A stretch of 64,000 bases of DNA, from assembly GCF_003334385.1 (NCBI RefSeq), contig NZ_QOWN01000006.1. The stretch is one strand, 5' to 3'. Source of the DNA: Escherichia coli (GTDB lineage Bacteria; Pseudomonadota; Gammaproteobacteria; Enterobacterales; Enterobacteriaceae). Under the pieces are notes generated by a model. It did not search any database. It had not been told where the DNA came from and saw nothing but the letters and a program-made list of their open reading frames with translations. A program made the position numbers and the translations under genes. Shown piece after piece: positions 27,365-41,950 of the stretch (position 1 is the first letter of the stretch; each line of letters opens with the position of its first letter).

Positions 27365-27391
27365 TTATCGTCTGTCGTAAAACAACCTTTA
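27365..27391 (-). promoter_or_regulatory. fliC sigma28 promoter TAAAGGTT-N11-GACGATAA
   Basis: Minus-strand match to sigma28 consensus about 80-105 nt upstream of fliC start. Confidence 0.75.
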
Positions 27392-27483
27392 GAATTTTTT
27401 TCACAAACAGCCATTTTTTGTTAGTCGCCGAAATACTCTTTTCTCTGCCCCTTATTCCCGCTATTAAAAAAAACAATTAAACG

Positions 27484-27510
27484 TAAACTTTGCGCAATTC
27501 AGGCCGATAA
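27484..27510 (+). promoter_or_regulatory. fliD sigma28 promoter TAAACTTT-N11-GCCGATAA
   Basis: Near-perfect sigma28 consensus about 45-70 nt upstream of fliD start. Confidence 0.8.
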
Positions 27511-27553
27511 CCCCGGTATTCGTTTTACGTGTCGAAAGATAAAAGGAAATCGC

Positions 27554-28960
27554 ATGGCAAGTATTTCATCGCTGGGAGTCGGGTCAGGCCTGGATTTAAG
27601 TTCAATCCTTGATAGCCTCACCGCCGCGCAAAAAGCGACGCTAACCCCTATTTCAAATCAGCAATCGTCGTTTACCGCTAAACTTAGCGCCTACGGTACG
27701 CTGAAAAGCGCGTTGACGACTTTCCAGACCGCCAATACTGCATTGTCTAAAGCCGATCTTTTTTCCGCCACCAGCACTACCAGCAGCACCACCGCGTTCA
27801 GTGCCACCACCGCGGGTAACGCCATCGCCGGGAAATACACCATCAGCGTCACCCATCTGGCGCAGGCGCAAACCCTGACCACGCGCACCACCAGAGATGA
27901 TACGAAAACGGCGATCGCCACCAGCGACAGTAAACTCACCATTCAACAAGGCGGCGACAAAGATCCGATTACCATTGATATCAGCGCGGCTAACTCGTCG
28001 TTAAGCGGGATCCGTGATGCCATCAACAACGCAAAAGCGGGCGTAAGTGCGAGCATCATTAACGTGGGTAACGGTGAATATCGTCTGTCAGTCACATCAA
28101 ATGACACCGGCCTTGACAATGCGATGACACTCTCGGTCAGCGGTGATGATGCGCTACAAAGTTTTATGGGCTATGACGCCAGTGCCAGCAGCAACGGCAT
28201 GGAAGTCTCGGTCGCCGCCCAGAATGCGCAGCTGACGGTCAACAACGTCGCCATTGAGAACAGCAGCAACACCATCAGCGACGCGCTGGAAAACATCACC
28301 CTGAACCTGAACGATGTCACCACGGGCAACCAGACGCTGACCATCACTCAGGACACCTCCAAAGCGCAAACGGCGATTAAAGACTGGGTGAATGCCTATA
28401 ACTCGCTAATAGATACCTTCAGCAGCCTGACCAAATACACCGCCGTAGATGCGGGAGCTGATAGCCAAAGCTCTAGCAATGGCGCACTGCTCGGCGACTC
28501 CACGCTGCGGACGATTCAGACGCAGTTGAAGTCGATGCTGAGTAATACCGTCAGTTCTTCCAGCTATAAAACGTTGGCGCAGATTGGTATCACGACCGAT
28601 CCCAGCGATGGCAAACTGGAACTGGATGCCGACAAACTCACCGCTGCACTGAAAAAAGATGCCAGCGGCGTAGGTGCATTGATTGTTGGCGATGGTAAAA
28701 AAACCGGCATCACAACCACCATCGGCAGCAACCTGACCAGTTGGCTTTCGACAACGGGCATTATTAAAGCCGCTACCGATGGCGTTAGTAAGACTCTGAA
28801 TAAATTAACTAAAGACTACAACGCCGCCAGCGATCGCATTGATGCGCAGGTCGCGCGCTACAAAGAACAATTTACCCAACTGGACGTTTTAATGACCTCG
28901 TTAAACAGCACCAGCAGCTACTTAACGCAGCAGTTCGAAAACAACAGTAATTCCAAGTAA
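27554..28960 (+). CDS. fliD: Flagellar filament cap protein FliD (468 aa)
   Basis: ORF translation matches FliD. Confidence 0.96.
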   Translation: MASISSLGVGSGLDLSSILDSLTAAQKATLTPISNQQSSFTAKLSAYGTLKSALTTFQTANTALSKADLFSATSTTSSTTAFSATTAGNAIAGKYTISVTHLAQAQTLTTRTTRDDTKTAIATSDSKLTIQQGGDKDPITIDISAANSSLSGIRDAINNAKAGVSASIINVGNGEYRLSVTSNDTGLDNAMTLSVSGDDALQSFMGYDASASSNGMEVSVAAQNAQLTVNNVAIENSSNTISDALENITLNLNDVTTGNQTLTITQDTSKAQTAIKDWVNAYNSLIDTFSSLTKYTAVDAGADSQSSSNGALLGDSTLRTIQTQLKSMLSNTVSSSSYKTLAQIGITTDPSDGKLELDADKLTAALKKDASGVGALIVGDGKKTGITTTIGSNLTSWLSTTGIIKAATDGVSKTLNKLTKDYNAASDRIDAQVARYKEQFTQLDVLMTSLNSTSSYLTQQFENNSNSK

Positions 28961-28984
28961 TCAATATTCATCGGGAGACAGGTC

Positions 28985-29395
28985 ATGTACGCGGCAAAAG
29001 GCACCCAGGCCTATGCACAAATTGGCGTCGAAAGCGCCGTAATGAGCGCCAGCCAGCAGCAGCTGGTCACCATGCTATTTGATGGAGTGCTGAGCGCACT
29101 GGTTAGAGCGCGCCTGTTTATGCAGGACAACAATCAGCAAGGCAAAGGCGTCTCTTTGTCAAAAGCGATCAACATCATTGAGAACGGACTGCGGGTGAGT
29201 CTTGATGAAGATAGCAAAGACGAATTAACCCAAAACTTGATTGCTCTTTATAGCTATATGGTCAGGCGTTTGCTGCAAGCCAATTTACGCAACGATGTCT
29301 CCGCAGTCGAAGAAGTGGAAGCATTAATGCGCAATATTGCCGATGCCTGGAAAGAGTCGTTACTCTCCCCTTCTTTGATTCAGGACCCAGTCTGA
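28985..29395 (+). CDS. fliS: Flagellin-specific chaperone FliS (136 aa)
   Basis: ORF translation matches FliS. Confidence 0.96.
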   Translation: MYAAKGTQAYAQIGVESAVMSASQQQLVTMLFDGVLSALVRARLFMQDNNQQGKGVSLSKAINIIENGLRVSLDEDSKDELTQNLIALYSYMVRRLLQANLRNDVSAVEEVEALMRNIADAWKESLLSPSLIQDPV

Positions 29396-29760
29396 TGAAC
29401 CATGCACCGCATTTGTATTTCGCCTGGCAACAACTCGTCGAAAAAAGCCAGCTCATGTTACGCCTGGCAACGGAAGAACAATGGGACGAACTCATCGCCA
29501 GCGAAATGGCGTATGTGAATGCGGTGCAGGAGATAGCACACCTGACTGAAGAGGTTGCCCCGTCCACCACGATGCAGGAGCAGCTCCGCCCGATGCTGCG
29601 CCTGATTCTCGACAACGAAAGCAAGGTAAAGCAGTTATTACAGATTCGTATGGATGAACTGGCGAAACTGGTCGGTCAGTCATCGGTGCAAAAATCGGTG
29701 TTAAGTGCCTATGGCGATCAGGGCGGCTTTGTGCTGGCTCCGCAAGATAACTTCTCGTGA
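29395..29760 (+). CDS. fliT: FliD chaperone / anti-FlhDC factor FliT (121 aa)
   Basis: ORF translation matches FliT; start overlaps fliS stop. Confidence 0.95.
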   Translation: MNHAPHLYFAWQQLVEKSQLMLRLATEEQWDELIASEMAYVNAVQEIAHLTEEVAPSTTMQEQLRPMLRLILDNESKVKQLLQIRMDELAKLVGQSSVQKSVLSAYGDQGGFVLAPQDNFS

Positions 29761-29837
29761 ATCTTAACGAGCTAATGGTTCGCGAATAATCCGATTACGG
29801 CTACGCTTCTAATGTTCCCCTTGAATGGAGTCGAAGA

Positions 29838-31325
29838 ATGCGTAATCCCACGCTGTTACAATGTTTTCACTGGTATTACCCGGAAGGCGGTAAGCTCTGG
29901 CCTGAACTGGCCGAGCGCGCCGACGGTTTTAATGATATTGGTATCAATATGGTCTGGTTGCCGCCCGCCTATAAAGGCGCATCGGGCGGGTATTCGGTCG
30001 GCTACGACTCCTATGATTTATTTGATTTAGGCGAGTTTGATCAGAAAGGCAGCATCCCTACTAAATATGGCGATAAAGTACAATTGCTGGCCGCCATTGA
30101 CGCCCTGAAACGTAATGACATTGCGGTGCTGTTGGACGTGGTAGTCAACCACAAAATGGGCGCGGATGAAAAAGAAGCTATTCGCGTGCAGCGTGTAAAT
30201 GCTGACGACCGTACGCAAATTGATGAAGAAATCATTGAGTGCGAAGGCTGGACGCGTTACACCTTCCCCGCCCGTGCCGGGCAATACTCACAGTTTATCT
30301 GGGATTTCAAATGTTTTAGCGGTATCGACCATATCGAAAACCCTGATGAAGATGGCATATTTAAAATTGTTAACGACTACACCGGCGAAGGCTGGAACGA
30401 TCAGGTTGATGATGAATTAGGTAATTTCGATTATCTGATGGGCGAGAATATCGATTTTCGCAATCATGCCGTGACGGAAGAGATTAAATACTGGGCGCGC
30501 TGGGTGATGGAACAAACGCAATGCGACGGTTTTCGTCTTGATGCGGTCAAACATATACCGGCATGGTTTTATAAAGAGTGGATCGAACACGTACAAGAAG
30601 TTGCACCAAAGCCGCTGTTTATTGTGGCGGAGTACTGGTCGCATGAAGTCGATAAACTGCAAACGTATATTGATCAGGTGGAAGGCAAAACCATGCTGTT
30701 CGATGCGCCGCTGCAGATGAAATTCCATGAAGCATCGCGCATGGGCCGCGACTACGACATGACGCAGATTTTCACGGGTACATTAGTGGAAGCCGATCCT
30801 TTCCACGCCGTGACGCTCGTTGCCAATCACGACACCCAACCGTTGCAAGCCCTCGAAGCGCCGGTCGAACCGTGGTTTAAACCGCTGGCGTATGCCTTAA
30901 TTTTGTTGCGGGAAAATGGCGTTCCTTCGGTATTCTATCCGGACCTCTACGGTGCGCATTACGAAGATGTCGGCGGTGACGGGCAAACCTATCCGATAGA
31001 TATGCCAATAATCGAACAGCTTGATGAGTTAATTCTCGCCCGTCAGCGTTTCGCCCACGGTGTACAGACATTATTTTTCGACCATCCGAACTGCATTGCC
31101 TTTAGCCGCAGTGGCACTGACGAATATCCCGGCTGCGTGGTGGTCATGTCGAACGGGGATGATGGCGAAAAAACCATTAATCTGGGAGAGAATTACGGCA
31201 ATAAAACCTGGCGTGATTTTCTGGGGAACCGGCAAGAGAGCGTAGTAACCGACGAAAACGGTGAAGCGACCTTCTTTTGCAACGGCGGCAGCGTCAGCGT
31301 GTGGGTTATCGAAGAGGTGATTTAA
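29838..31325 (+). CDS. amyA: Cytoplasmic alpha-amylase AmyA (495 aa)
   Basis: ORF translation matches AmyA; GH13 motifs. Confidence 0.96.
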   Translation: MRNPTLLQCFHWYYPEGGKLWPELAERADGFNDIGINMVWLPPAYKGASGGYSVGYDSYDLFDLGEFDQKGSIPTKYGDKVQLLAAIDALKRNDIAVLLDVVVNHKMGADEKEAIRVQRVNADDRTQIDEEIIECEGWTRYTFPARAGQYSQFIWDFKCFSGIDHIENPDEDGIFKIVNDYTGEGWNDQVDDELGNFDYLMGENIDFRNHAVTEEIKYWARWVMEQTQCDGFRLDAVKHIPAWFYKEWIEHVQEVAPKPLFIVAEYWSHEVDKLQTYIDQVEGKTMLFDAPLQMKFHEASRMGRDYDMTQIFTGTLVEADPFHAVTLVANHDTQPLQALEAPVEPWFKPLAYALILLRENGVPSVFYPDLYGAHYEDVGGDGQTYPIDMPIIEQLDELILARQRFAHGVQTLFFDHPNCIAFSRSGTDEYPGCVVVMSNGDDGEKTINLGENYGNKTWRDFLGNRQESVVTDENGEATFFCNGGSVSVWVIEEVI

Positions 31326-31331
31326 ATTCAT

Positions 31332-31350
31332 CCCCGGCGGCAAGCCGGGG
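31332..31350. terminator. Bidirectional intrinsic terminator between convergent amyA and yedD
   Basis: Hairpin CCCCGGC-GGCAA-GCCGGGG. Confidence 0.7.
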
Positions 31351-31358
31351 AGATTTCA

Positions 31359-31775
31359 TTACGGCAGTGGCGTCGGTAACGGCGCTTTATCCAGCGCGGC
31401 GGCACACTCTGCCGTCGGGCGATCCACACGCTCCATCGTCATACCATCGTACTCAATGGTGTTACCGTCACGCTCAACCTCGTATAGCTCACGTTTTACG
31501 GTAACGTTAGTGAGATCATCAGACATCAATGTCAACTTACCCGGCACGGCAATCACCCGCTGCCACTGACGGCAATCAAGAGTATCGCCCTCTTTAGTGA
31601 CAATCAGGCTGCCTATCGCTTCCGGGCTGACCAGCGCACGTTGCGGCCCTTTGGTCTGCCAGTAGCCCGCCAGCCAGTCCGGCGCGGGGGTTTTCACGAC
31701 ATTGTTATAGTTTTCGACTTCGGCACAGCCCGCCAGCAACATGAGCGCGCCTGCAATTGCGAGTTTTTTCATCAT
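31359..31775 (-). CDS. yedD: Lipoprotein YedD
   Basis: ORF translation matches YedD; lipobox LAGC. Confidence 0.9.
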   Translation of the reverse strand: MMKKLAIAGALMLLAGCAEVENYNNVVKTPAPDWLAGYWQTKGPQRALVSPEAIGSLIVTKEGDTLDCRQWQRVIAVPGKLTLMSDDLTNVTVKRELYEVERDGNTIEYDGMTMERVDRPTAECAAALDKAPLPTPLP

Positions 31776-31958
31776 TCGTCCTGCATGAGAAGAAAAGAGG
31801 ATTGTGGCATTAAAGCCCTGATGTCGCCAGCCTTTACAGGTTCAGAGAGAAATTTGATCTAACTATTATTTTTGTGAATTATTACCCCGAAAATAAATTT
31901 GCATGATGTATGATTCGCGACTCTTGTTTCAAACCTTCTGAGTTCAGAGGCTACATTC

Positions 31959-33164
31959 ATGTCATGGCAGCAATTCAAACACGCCTGGTTGATTAAATTC
32001 TGGGCACCCATCCCTGCGGTCATCGCGGCGGGTATTCTCTCCACTTACTATTTTGGCATTACTGGCACCTTTTGGGCTGTCACGGGTGAATTTACCCGTT
32101 GGGGCGGCCAGCTCCTGCAGCTGTTTGGCGTCCATGCTGAAGAGTGGGGTTATTTTAAAATTATCCATCTGGAAGGATCGCCATTAACCCGCATCGACGG
32201 GATGATGATCCTCGGCATGTTTGGCGGCTGCTTTGCCGCAGCGCTGTGGGCCAACAATGTCAAACTGCGCATGCCACGCAGCCGTATCCGCATTATGCAG
32301 GCCATTATTGGCGGTATTATCGCTGGTTTTGGCGCGCGTCTGGCAATGGGCTGTAACCTGGCGGCGTTCTTTACCGGTATTCCTCAGTTCTCGCTGCATG
32401 CCTGGTTCTTTGCCATCGCCACTGCCATTGGTTCATGGTTTGGCGCACGCTTTACCCTGCTGCCCATCTTCCGTATTCCCGTGAAAATGCAGAAAGTTTC
32501 TGCCGCCTCACCGCTGACGCAAAAACCGGATCAGGCGCGGCGTCGTTTTCGTCTCGGGATGCTGGTCTTTTTCGGCATGCTGGGCTGGGCGCTGCTCACG
32601 GCGATGAACCAACCCAAACTGGGGCTGGCAATGCTGTTTGGCGTCGGCTTTGGTTTACTGATTGAACGTGCGCAAATCTGCTTTACTTCGGCGTTCCGCG
32701 ATATGTGGATCACCGGACGTACCCACATGGCGAAAGCAATCATTATTGGTATGGCGGTGAGTGCCATCGGGATCTTCAGTTACGTACAGTTAGGTGTTGA
32801 ACCCAAAATCATGTGGGCGGGACCAAACGCGGTAATTGGTGGTTTACTGTTTGGTTTTGGCATCGTGCTGGCAGGCGGCTGCGAAACCGGTTGGATGTAC
32901 CGCGCGGTAGAAGGTCAGGTGCACTACTGGTGGGTCGGTCTGGGCAATGTGATCGGCTCAACCATTCTGGCGTATTACTGGGATGATTTCGCTCCGGCGC
33001 TGGCCACCGACTGGGACAAAATCAACCTGCTGAAAACCTTTGGCCCGATGGGTGGCCTGCTGGTGACATATTTGCTGTTGTTTACTGCGCTGATGTTGAT
33101 TATCGGCTGGGAAAAACGCTTCTTCCGCCGTGCGGCACCGCAGACTGCTAAGGAGATCGCATGA
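31959..33164 (+). CDS. yedE: Inner membrane protein YedE (YeeE/YedE family; selenium/thiosulfate-related transporter), 401 aa
   Basis: ORF translation matches YedE. Confidence 0.93.
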   Translation: MSWQQFKHAWLIKFWAPIPAVIAAGILSTYYFGITGTFWAVTGEFTRWGGQLLQLFGVHAEEWGYFKIIHLEGSPLTRIDGMMILGMFGGCFAAALWANNVKLRMPRSRIRIMQAIIGGIIAGFGARLAMGCNLAAFFTGIPQFSLHAWFFAIATAIGSWFGARFTLLPIFRIPVKMQKVSAASPLTQKPDQARRRFRLGMLVFFGMLGWALLTAMNQPKLGLAMLFGVGFGLLIERAQICFTSAFRDMWITGRTHMAKAIIIGMAVSAIGIFSYVQLGVEPKIMWAGPNAVIGGLLFGFGIVLAGGCETGWMYRAVEGQVHYWWVGLGNVIGSTILAYYWDDFAPALATDWDKINLLKTFGPMGGLLVTYLLLFTALMLIIGWEKRFFRRAAPQTAKEIA

Positions 33165-33394
33165 AAAATATCATTCCTGATTACCGTCTTGATATGGTGG
33201 GTGAACCCTGCCCTTATCCGGCAGTCGCAACCCTTGAGGCGATGCCGCAGTTAAAAAAAGGTGAGATCCTGGAAGTGGTGAGCGACTGTCCGCAGTCGAT
33301 CAATAATATTCCACTGGATGCTCGTAATCACGGCTATACGGTGCTGGATATTCAGCAAGACGGGCCGACCATTCGTTATTTAATTCAGAAGTAA
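33161..33394 (+). CDS. yedF: TusA-like sulfurtransferase-fold protein YedF (77 aa)
   Basis: ORF translation matches YedF with CPxP motif (GEPCPYP); 4-nt overlap with yedE. Confidence 0.93.
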   Translation: MKNIIPDYRLDMVGEPCPYPAVATLEAMPQLKKGEILEVVSDCPQSINNIPLDARNHGYTVLDIQQDGPTIRYLIQK

Positions 33395-33502
33395 TCCCTC
33401 ATTCCCGCTGTGGCCAACAGCGGGAATATCGTTGCCTCTGTACCACATAGATTTTACCCGCCCCCTCTCCTATTCTTTTCAGTGTGCTCTCAGGAGGTTG
33501 CT

Positions 33503-34171
33503 ATGTGTGGACGCTTTGCCCAATCCCAAACGCGTGAAGATTACCTTGCGCTTCTCGCGGAAGATATTGAACGCGATATTCCCTATGATCCCGAACCCAT
33601 TGGCAGATACAACGTCGCGCCGGGAACCAAAGTTCTTCTGCTCAGTGAACGTGATGAACACCTTCATCTGGATCCGGTTTTCTGGGGATATGCTCCCGGA
33701 TGGTGGGATAAACCGCCGCTGATTAACGCCCGCGTAGAAACTGCGGCCACCAGTCGTATGTTTAAACCGCTCTGGCAACATGGTCGGGCAATCTGTTTTG
33801 CCGATGGCTGGTTTGAGTGGAAAAAAGAAGGCGACAAAAAACAGCCTTATTTTATCTATCGTGCTGACGGACAACCTGTTTTTATGGCCGCGATAGGTAG
33901 CACACCGTTTGAGCGCGGTGACGAAGCCGAAGGATTTTTAATTGTCACTGCAGCAGCAGACCAGGGTCTGGTAGATATTCATGACCGCCGCCCGCTGGTA
34001 CTGTCGCCAGAAGCTGCGCGGGAATGGATGCGGCAAGAGATTGGCGGTAAAGAAGCATCAGAAATTGCTACCAACGGCTGTGTGCCAGCAAACCAGTTCA
34101 CCTGGCACCCGGTATCGCGCGCGGTAGGTAATGTCAAAAACCAGGGCGCGGAGTTAATTCAACCTGTTTGA
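33503..34171 (+). CDS. yedK: SOS-response-associated peptidase YedK (abasic-site processing, HMCES ortholog), 222 aa
   Basis: Matches YedK from MCGRFAQSQTREDYL (catalytic Cys2). Confidence 0.94.
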   Translation: MCGRFAQSQTREDYLALLAEDIERDIPYDPEPIGRYNVAPGTKVLLLSERDEHLHLDPVFWGYAPGWWDKPPLINARVETAATSRMFKPLWQHGRAICFADGWFEWKKEGDKKQPYFIYRADGQPVFMAAIGSTPFERGDEAEGFLIVTAAADQGLVDIHDRRPLVLSPEAAREWMRQEIGGKEASEIATNGCVPANQFTWHPVSRAVGNVKNQGAELIQPV

Positions 34172-34563
34172 TAAGCCAGGAGACTATTGATCAATAATAC
34201 TGCGTCATAAGAAATCTCTATTAGACAAAGTAGACGCTCCTTCCACATGCGCCACAAGAAACCTCTATTCCAGTGACACAATTACGCCTGATTATTTCCC
34301 TAGCCCGGAATATGAATAAAAACATCAACAAAGATTAAATTATTCAAACGTTACTGTTGCGTCTGCGGTCGTAACAACATCCGACGTGGTGATGTGTATC
34401 AAATGAGGCCTCTGATGATCAGAGGGTTTATCGCGTATACGGATCGTGGATGGCAGAAAACTTTCAGAATCAGGTTTCCATTTTAAACCAGAAATTGAGT
34501 GAGTTTGCCCCATCCATGCCCCACGCGGTGAGATCGGATGTAATTAACAACAGGTTACAAAAC

Positions 34564-34878
34564 CTACACCTGCATGCTCATCACTTCCTGATACGCCGCC
34601 ACCAGCTTATTACGCACCTGAATCCCCATTTGCATAGAAACTGAGGCTTTTTGCATATCGGTCATCACATCGTTTAACGCCACGCCGGGTTCACCGAGAG
34701 TGAATTTTTCTGCCTGCGTGCGGGCAGCTGTTTGTGTATCACTAATGCGATCGAGCGCGGCGTGCAGCTGCCCGGCAAAACTAATGGTCGGTTGCGGCAG
34801 TGATTCCTGCGCACGCGCACTCATCGCCGTAGCCTGTAACTGGCTGATAACCCCTTCAATCCCCTGTATCGCTGACAT
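34564..34878 (-). CDS. fliE: Flagellar hook-basal body protein FliE (104 aa)
   Basis: Matches FliE from [15 protein letters not shown]. Confidence 0.96.
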   Translation of the reverse strand: MSAIQGIEGVISQLQATAMSARAQESLPQPTISFAGQLHAALDRISDTQTAARTQAEKFTLGEPGVALNDVMTDMQKASVSMQMGIQVRNKLVAAYQEVMSMQV

Positions 34879-35092
34879 TCTCGTCTCCCGGATAATTTCT
34901 GGTAGCAAAGCCTACCAGTAAGTCAATAAGACAAAGGCGCTAAATAACAACAAAAAAACGGGTTTATTGGCGGATAGAAAAAAACGAAAGCACAAATAAT
35001 GGGAGCGTCAATTTTTCGAGTTTGCTGACCCGGGAGTGAGTCTTGTTCCACTTTGCCAATAACGCCGTCCATAATCAGCCACGAGGTGCGCG
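34879..35092. promoter_or_regulatory. Divergent fliE / fliF class 2 (FlhD4C2-dependent) promoter region
   Basis: Intergenic region between divergent fliE and fliFGHIJK; known class 2 architecture. Confidence 0.6.
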
Positions 35093-38417
<3,325 letters not shown>

Positions 38418-38418
<1 letters not shown>

Positions 38419-39791
38419 TGACCACGCGCCTGACTCGCTGGCTAACCACGCTGGATAACTTTGAAGCCAAAATGGCGCAGTTGCCTGCGGTACGTCGCTA
38501 TGGGCGATTAACCCGCGCTACCGGGCTGGTGCTGGAAGCCACCGGATTACAATTGCCGCTCGGCGCAACCTGTGTCATTGAACGCCAGAACGGCAGCGAA
38601 ACGCACGAAGTAGAAAGCGAAGTCGTTGGCTTTAACGGTCAACGGCTGTTTTTAATGCCGCTGGAGGAAGTGGAAGGTGTCCTGCCCGGCGCGCGGGTTT
38701 ATGCCAAAAACATTTCGGCTGAAGGACTGCAAAGCGGCAAGCAGTTGCCGCTCGGTCCGGCGTTATTAGGTCGCGTTCTGGACGGCAGCGGTAAGCCGCT
38801 CGATGGCCTGCCCTCCCCCGATACGACGGAAACCGGTGCGCTGATTACCCCGCCATTTAACCCGTTGCAACGTACACCGATTGAACATGTGCTGGACACC
38901 GGCGTGCGCCCAATCAATGCCCTGCTTACCGTTGGGCGTGGGCAGCGTATGGGGCTGTTTGCCGGGTCCGGCGTTGGTAAAAGTGTGCTGCTGGGGATGA
39001 TGGCACGTTACACCCGCGCCGATGTCATTGTCGTGGGTTTGATTGGTGAACGCGGACGCGAAGTAAAAGATTTTATTGAGAATATCCTCGGTGCCGAAGG
39101 GCGTGCACGCTCCGTGGTGATTGCCGCTCCGGCGGATGTCTCTCCGCTTCTGCGAATGCAAGGTGCCGCCTATGCCACGCGCATTGCCGAAGATTTTCGC
39201 GATCGTGGTCAGCATGTGTTGCTGATTATGGACTCCCTCACCCGCTACGCGATGGCCCAGCGTGAAATTGCGCTGGCGATTGGCGAACCACCCGCCACCA
39301 AAGGTTATCCCCCGTCGGTGTTTGCCAAATTACCGGCACTGGTCGAGCGTGCCGGAAATGGCATTAGCGGCGGCGGATCGATTACCGCGTTTTATACCGT
39401 GCTCACCGAGGGCGATGACCAGCAGGACCCCATTGCCGACTCCGCGCGGGCAATCCTCGACGGTCACATTGTGCTGTCTCGCCGACTGGCGGAAGCCGGG
39501 CACTATCCGGCTATCGATATTGAAGCGTCGATCAGCCGCGCAATGACGGCGTTGATCAGCGAGCAACATTACGCGCGAGTGCGCACCTTCAAACAGCTGT
39601 TGTCGAGTTTTCAGCGTAACCGAGATCTGGTTAGCGTCGGCGCGTATGCCAAAGGCAGCGATCCGATGCTCGATAAAGCCATCGCCCTGTGGCCGCAGCT
39701 GGAGGGCTATTTGCAACAAGGCATTTTTGAACGCGCGGACTGGGAAGCGTCTCTCCAGGGGCTGGAGCGTATTTTCCCGACAGTGTCATAA
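38418..39791 (+). CDS. fliI: Flagellum-specific ATPase FliI (457 aa)
   Basis: ORF translation matches FliI; Walker A GSGVGKS. Confidence 0.97.
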
Positions 39792-39809
39792 CCCAGGAGA
39801 TAACGGCAG

Positions 39810-40253
39810 ATGGCAGAACATGGCGCGCTGGCGACCCTGAAAGATCTGGCAGAAAAAGAGGTAGAGGATGCCGCGCGCCTGCTGGGTGAAATGCGTCGCG
39901 GGTGTCAGCAGGCGGAAGAACAGCTCAAAATGCTGATCGATTATCAGAATGAATATCGCAATAACCTCAACAGCGATATGAGTGCCGGGATGACCAGCAA
40001 CCGCTGGATCAACTATCAGCAGTTTATCCAGACGCTGGAAAAAGCCATTACTCAGCATCGCCAGCAACTTAATCAGTGGACGCAGAAAGTTGACATTGCC
40101 CTGAACAGCTGGCGAGAAAAGAAACAACGTTTGCAGGCCTGGCAGACACTGCAGGAACGGCAATCCACGGCGGCACTGCTTGCAGAAAACCGCCTCGATC
40201 AGAAAAAGATGGATGAGTTCGCCCAGCGCGCCGCCATGAGGAAACCTGAATGA
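39810..40253 (+). CDS. fliJ: Flagellar export protein FliJ (147 aa)
   Basis: ORF translation matches FliJ. Confidence 0.96.
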   Translation: MAEHGALATLKDLAEKEVEDAARLLGEMRRGCQQAEEQLKMLIDYQNEYRNNLNSDMSAGMTSNRWINYQQFIQTLEKAITQHRQQLNQWTQKVDIALNSWREKKQRLQAWQTLQERQSTAALLAENRLDQKKMDEFAQRAAMRKPE

Positions 40254-41377
40254 TTCGCTTAGCGCCCTTAATTACCGCCGACGTTGACACCACCACATTG
40301 CCTGGCGGCAAAGCCAGCGATGCTGCACAAGATTTTCTCGCGTTGTTGAGCGAAGCATTAGCAGGCGAGACAACTACCGACAAAGCGGCCCCCCAGTTGC
40401 TGGTGGCAACAGATAAGCCCACGACAAAAGGCGAGCCGCTGGTCAGCGAGATTCTTGCCGATGCGCAACAAGCGGATTTACTGATCCCTGTGGATGAAAC
40501 ACCGCCTGTCATCAACGACGAACAATCCACATCAACACCATTAACCACCGCTCAAACGATGACGATGGCTGCGGTGGCTGGCAACAATACGGCAAAAGAC
40601 GAAAAAGCGGATGATCTGAATGAAGACGTCACCGCAAGCCTGAGCGCCCTTTTTGCGATGTTGCCGGGTTTTGACAATACGCCCAAAGTGACTGATGTGC
40701 CGTCAACCGTGTTACCGGCAGAGAAACCAACGCTCTTCACAAAACTGACTTCTGCGCAACTCACAACAGCACAGCCTGATGATGCCCCCGGCACGCCAGC
40801 TCAGCCATTAACACCGCTGGTAGCAGAAGCCCAGAGTAAAGCGGAAGTCATCAGCACACCTTCACCGGTGACCGCTGCCGCCAGCCCGCTAATCACTTCA
40901 CACCAGACACAGCCACTGCCCACCGTCGCCGCGCCTGTGTTGAGTGCACCGCTGGGTTCTCACGAATGGCAACAATCATTAAGCCAGCATATTTCGCTGT
41001 TCACCCGCCAGGGGCAACAAAGTGCAGAGTTGCGTCTGCACCCGCAGGATTTAGGTGAAGTGCAAATCTCCCTCAAAGTGGATGATAACCAGGCGCAAAT
41101 CCAGATGGTTTCACCGCATCAACACGTACGCGCCGCCCTGGAAGCAGCGCTTCCGGTACTGCGAACGCAGCTGGCCGAAAGTGGCATTCAGTTAGGGCAA
41201 AGCAACATCAGTGGCGAAAGCTTTAGTGGTCAGCAGCAGGCCGCTTCCCAACAACAGCAAAGCCAACGCACAGTAAACCATGAACCTCTGGCGGGGGAAG
41301 ACGACGATACGCTTCCGGTTCCCGTCTCTTTACAAGGGCGTGTAACAGGCAACAGCGGCGTTGATATTTTCGCCTAA
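40250..41377 (+). CDS. fliK: Flagellar hook-length control protein FliK (375 aa)
   Basis: ORF translation matches FliK; Pro/Thr/Ala-rich central region. Confidence 0.96.
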   Translation: MIRLAPLITADVDTTTLPGGKASDAAQDFLALLSEALAGETTTDKAAPQLLVATDKPTTKGEPLVSEILADAQQADLLIPVDETPPVINDEQSTSTPLTTAQTMTMAAVAGNNTAKDEKADDLNEDVTASLSALFAMLPGFDNTPKVTDVPSTVLPAEKPTLFTKLTSAQLTTAQPDDAPGTPAQPLTPLVAEAQSKAEVISTPSPVTAAASPLITSHQTQPLPTVAAPVLSAPLGSHEWQQSLSQHISLFTRQGQQSAELRLHPQDLGEVQISLKVDDNQAQIQMVSPHQHVRAALEAALPVLRTQLAESGIQLGQSNISGESFSGQQQAASQQQQSQRTVNHEPLAGEDDDTLPVPVSLQGRVTGNSGVDIFA

Positions 41378-41481
41378 CGTCAGAGATAGCACCGTAATCC
41401 GCGTCTTTTCCCCGCTTTGTTGCGCTCAAGACGCAGGATAATTAGCCGATAAGCAGTAGCGACACAGGAAGACCGCAACAC

Positions 41482-41946
41482 ATGACTGATTACGCGATAA
41501 GCAAGAAAAGCAAGCGATCGCTTTGGATCCCGATTCTGGTATTCATTACCCTCGCGGCCTGTGCCAGCGCAGGTTACAGCTACTGGCATTCGCATCAGGT
41601 TGCCGCTGACGACAAAGCGCAGCAACGCGTCGTACCCTCCCCGGTCTTCTACGCGCTGGATACCTTCACGGTCAATTTGGGCGATGCGGATCGCGTGCTT
41701 TATATCGGCATAACCCTGCGCCTGAAAGATGAAGCTACCCGCTCGCGGCTGAGTGAGTATTTGCCGGAAGTCCGTAGCCGTTTGCTGTTACTGTTTTCGC
41801 GTCAGGATGCTGCCGTACTGGCGACAGAAGAAGGCAAGAAAAACCTGATTGCCGAGATTAAAACCACGCTTTCCACCCCGCTTGTTGCCGGGCAACCGAA
41901 ACAGGATGTCACCGACGTGCTGTATACCGCTTTTATTCTGCGATAA
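41482..41946 (+). CDS. fliL: Flagellar basal body-associated protein FliL (154 aa)
   Basis: ORF translation matches FliL. Confidence 0.96.
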   Translation: MTDYAISKKSKRSLWIPILVFITLAACASAGYSYWHSHQVAADDKAQQRVVPSPVFYALDTFTVNLGDADRVLYIGITLRLKDEATRSRLSEYLPEVRSRLLLLFSRQDAAVLATEEGKKNLIAEIKTTLSTPLVAGQPKQDVTDVLYTAFILR

Positions 41947-41950
41947 CGAC

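Noticed and set aside
34450-34644. 64-aa plus-strand ORF at the yedK-fliE junction
   Set aside because: Its 3' part is antisense to fliE; His/Leu-rich; no ribosome-binding site; not convincing as cargo of the variable junction
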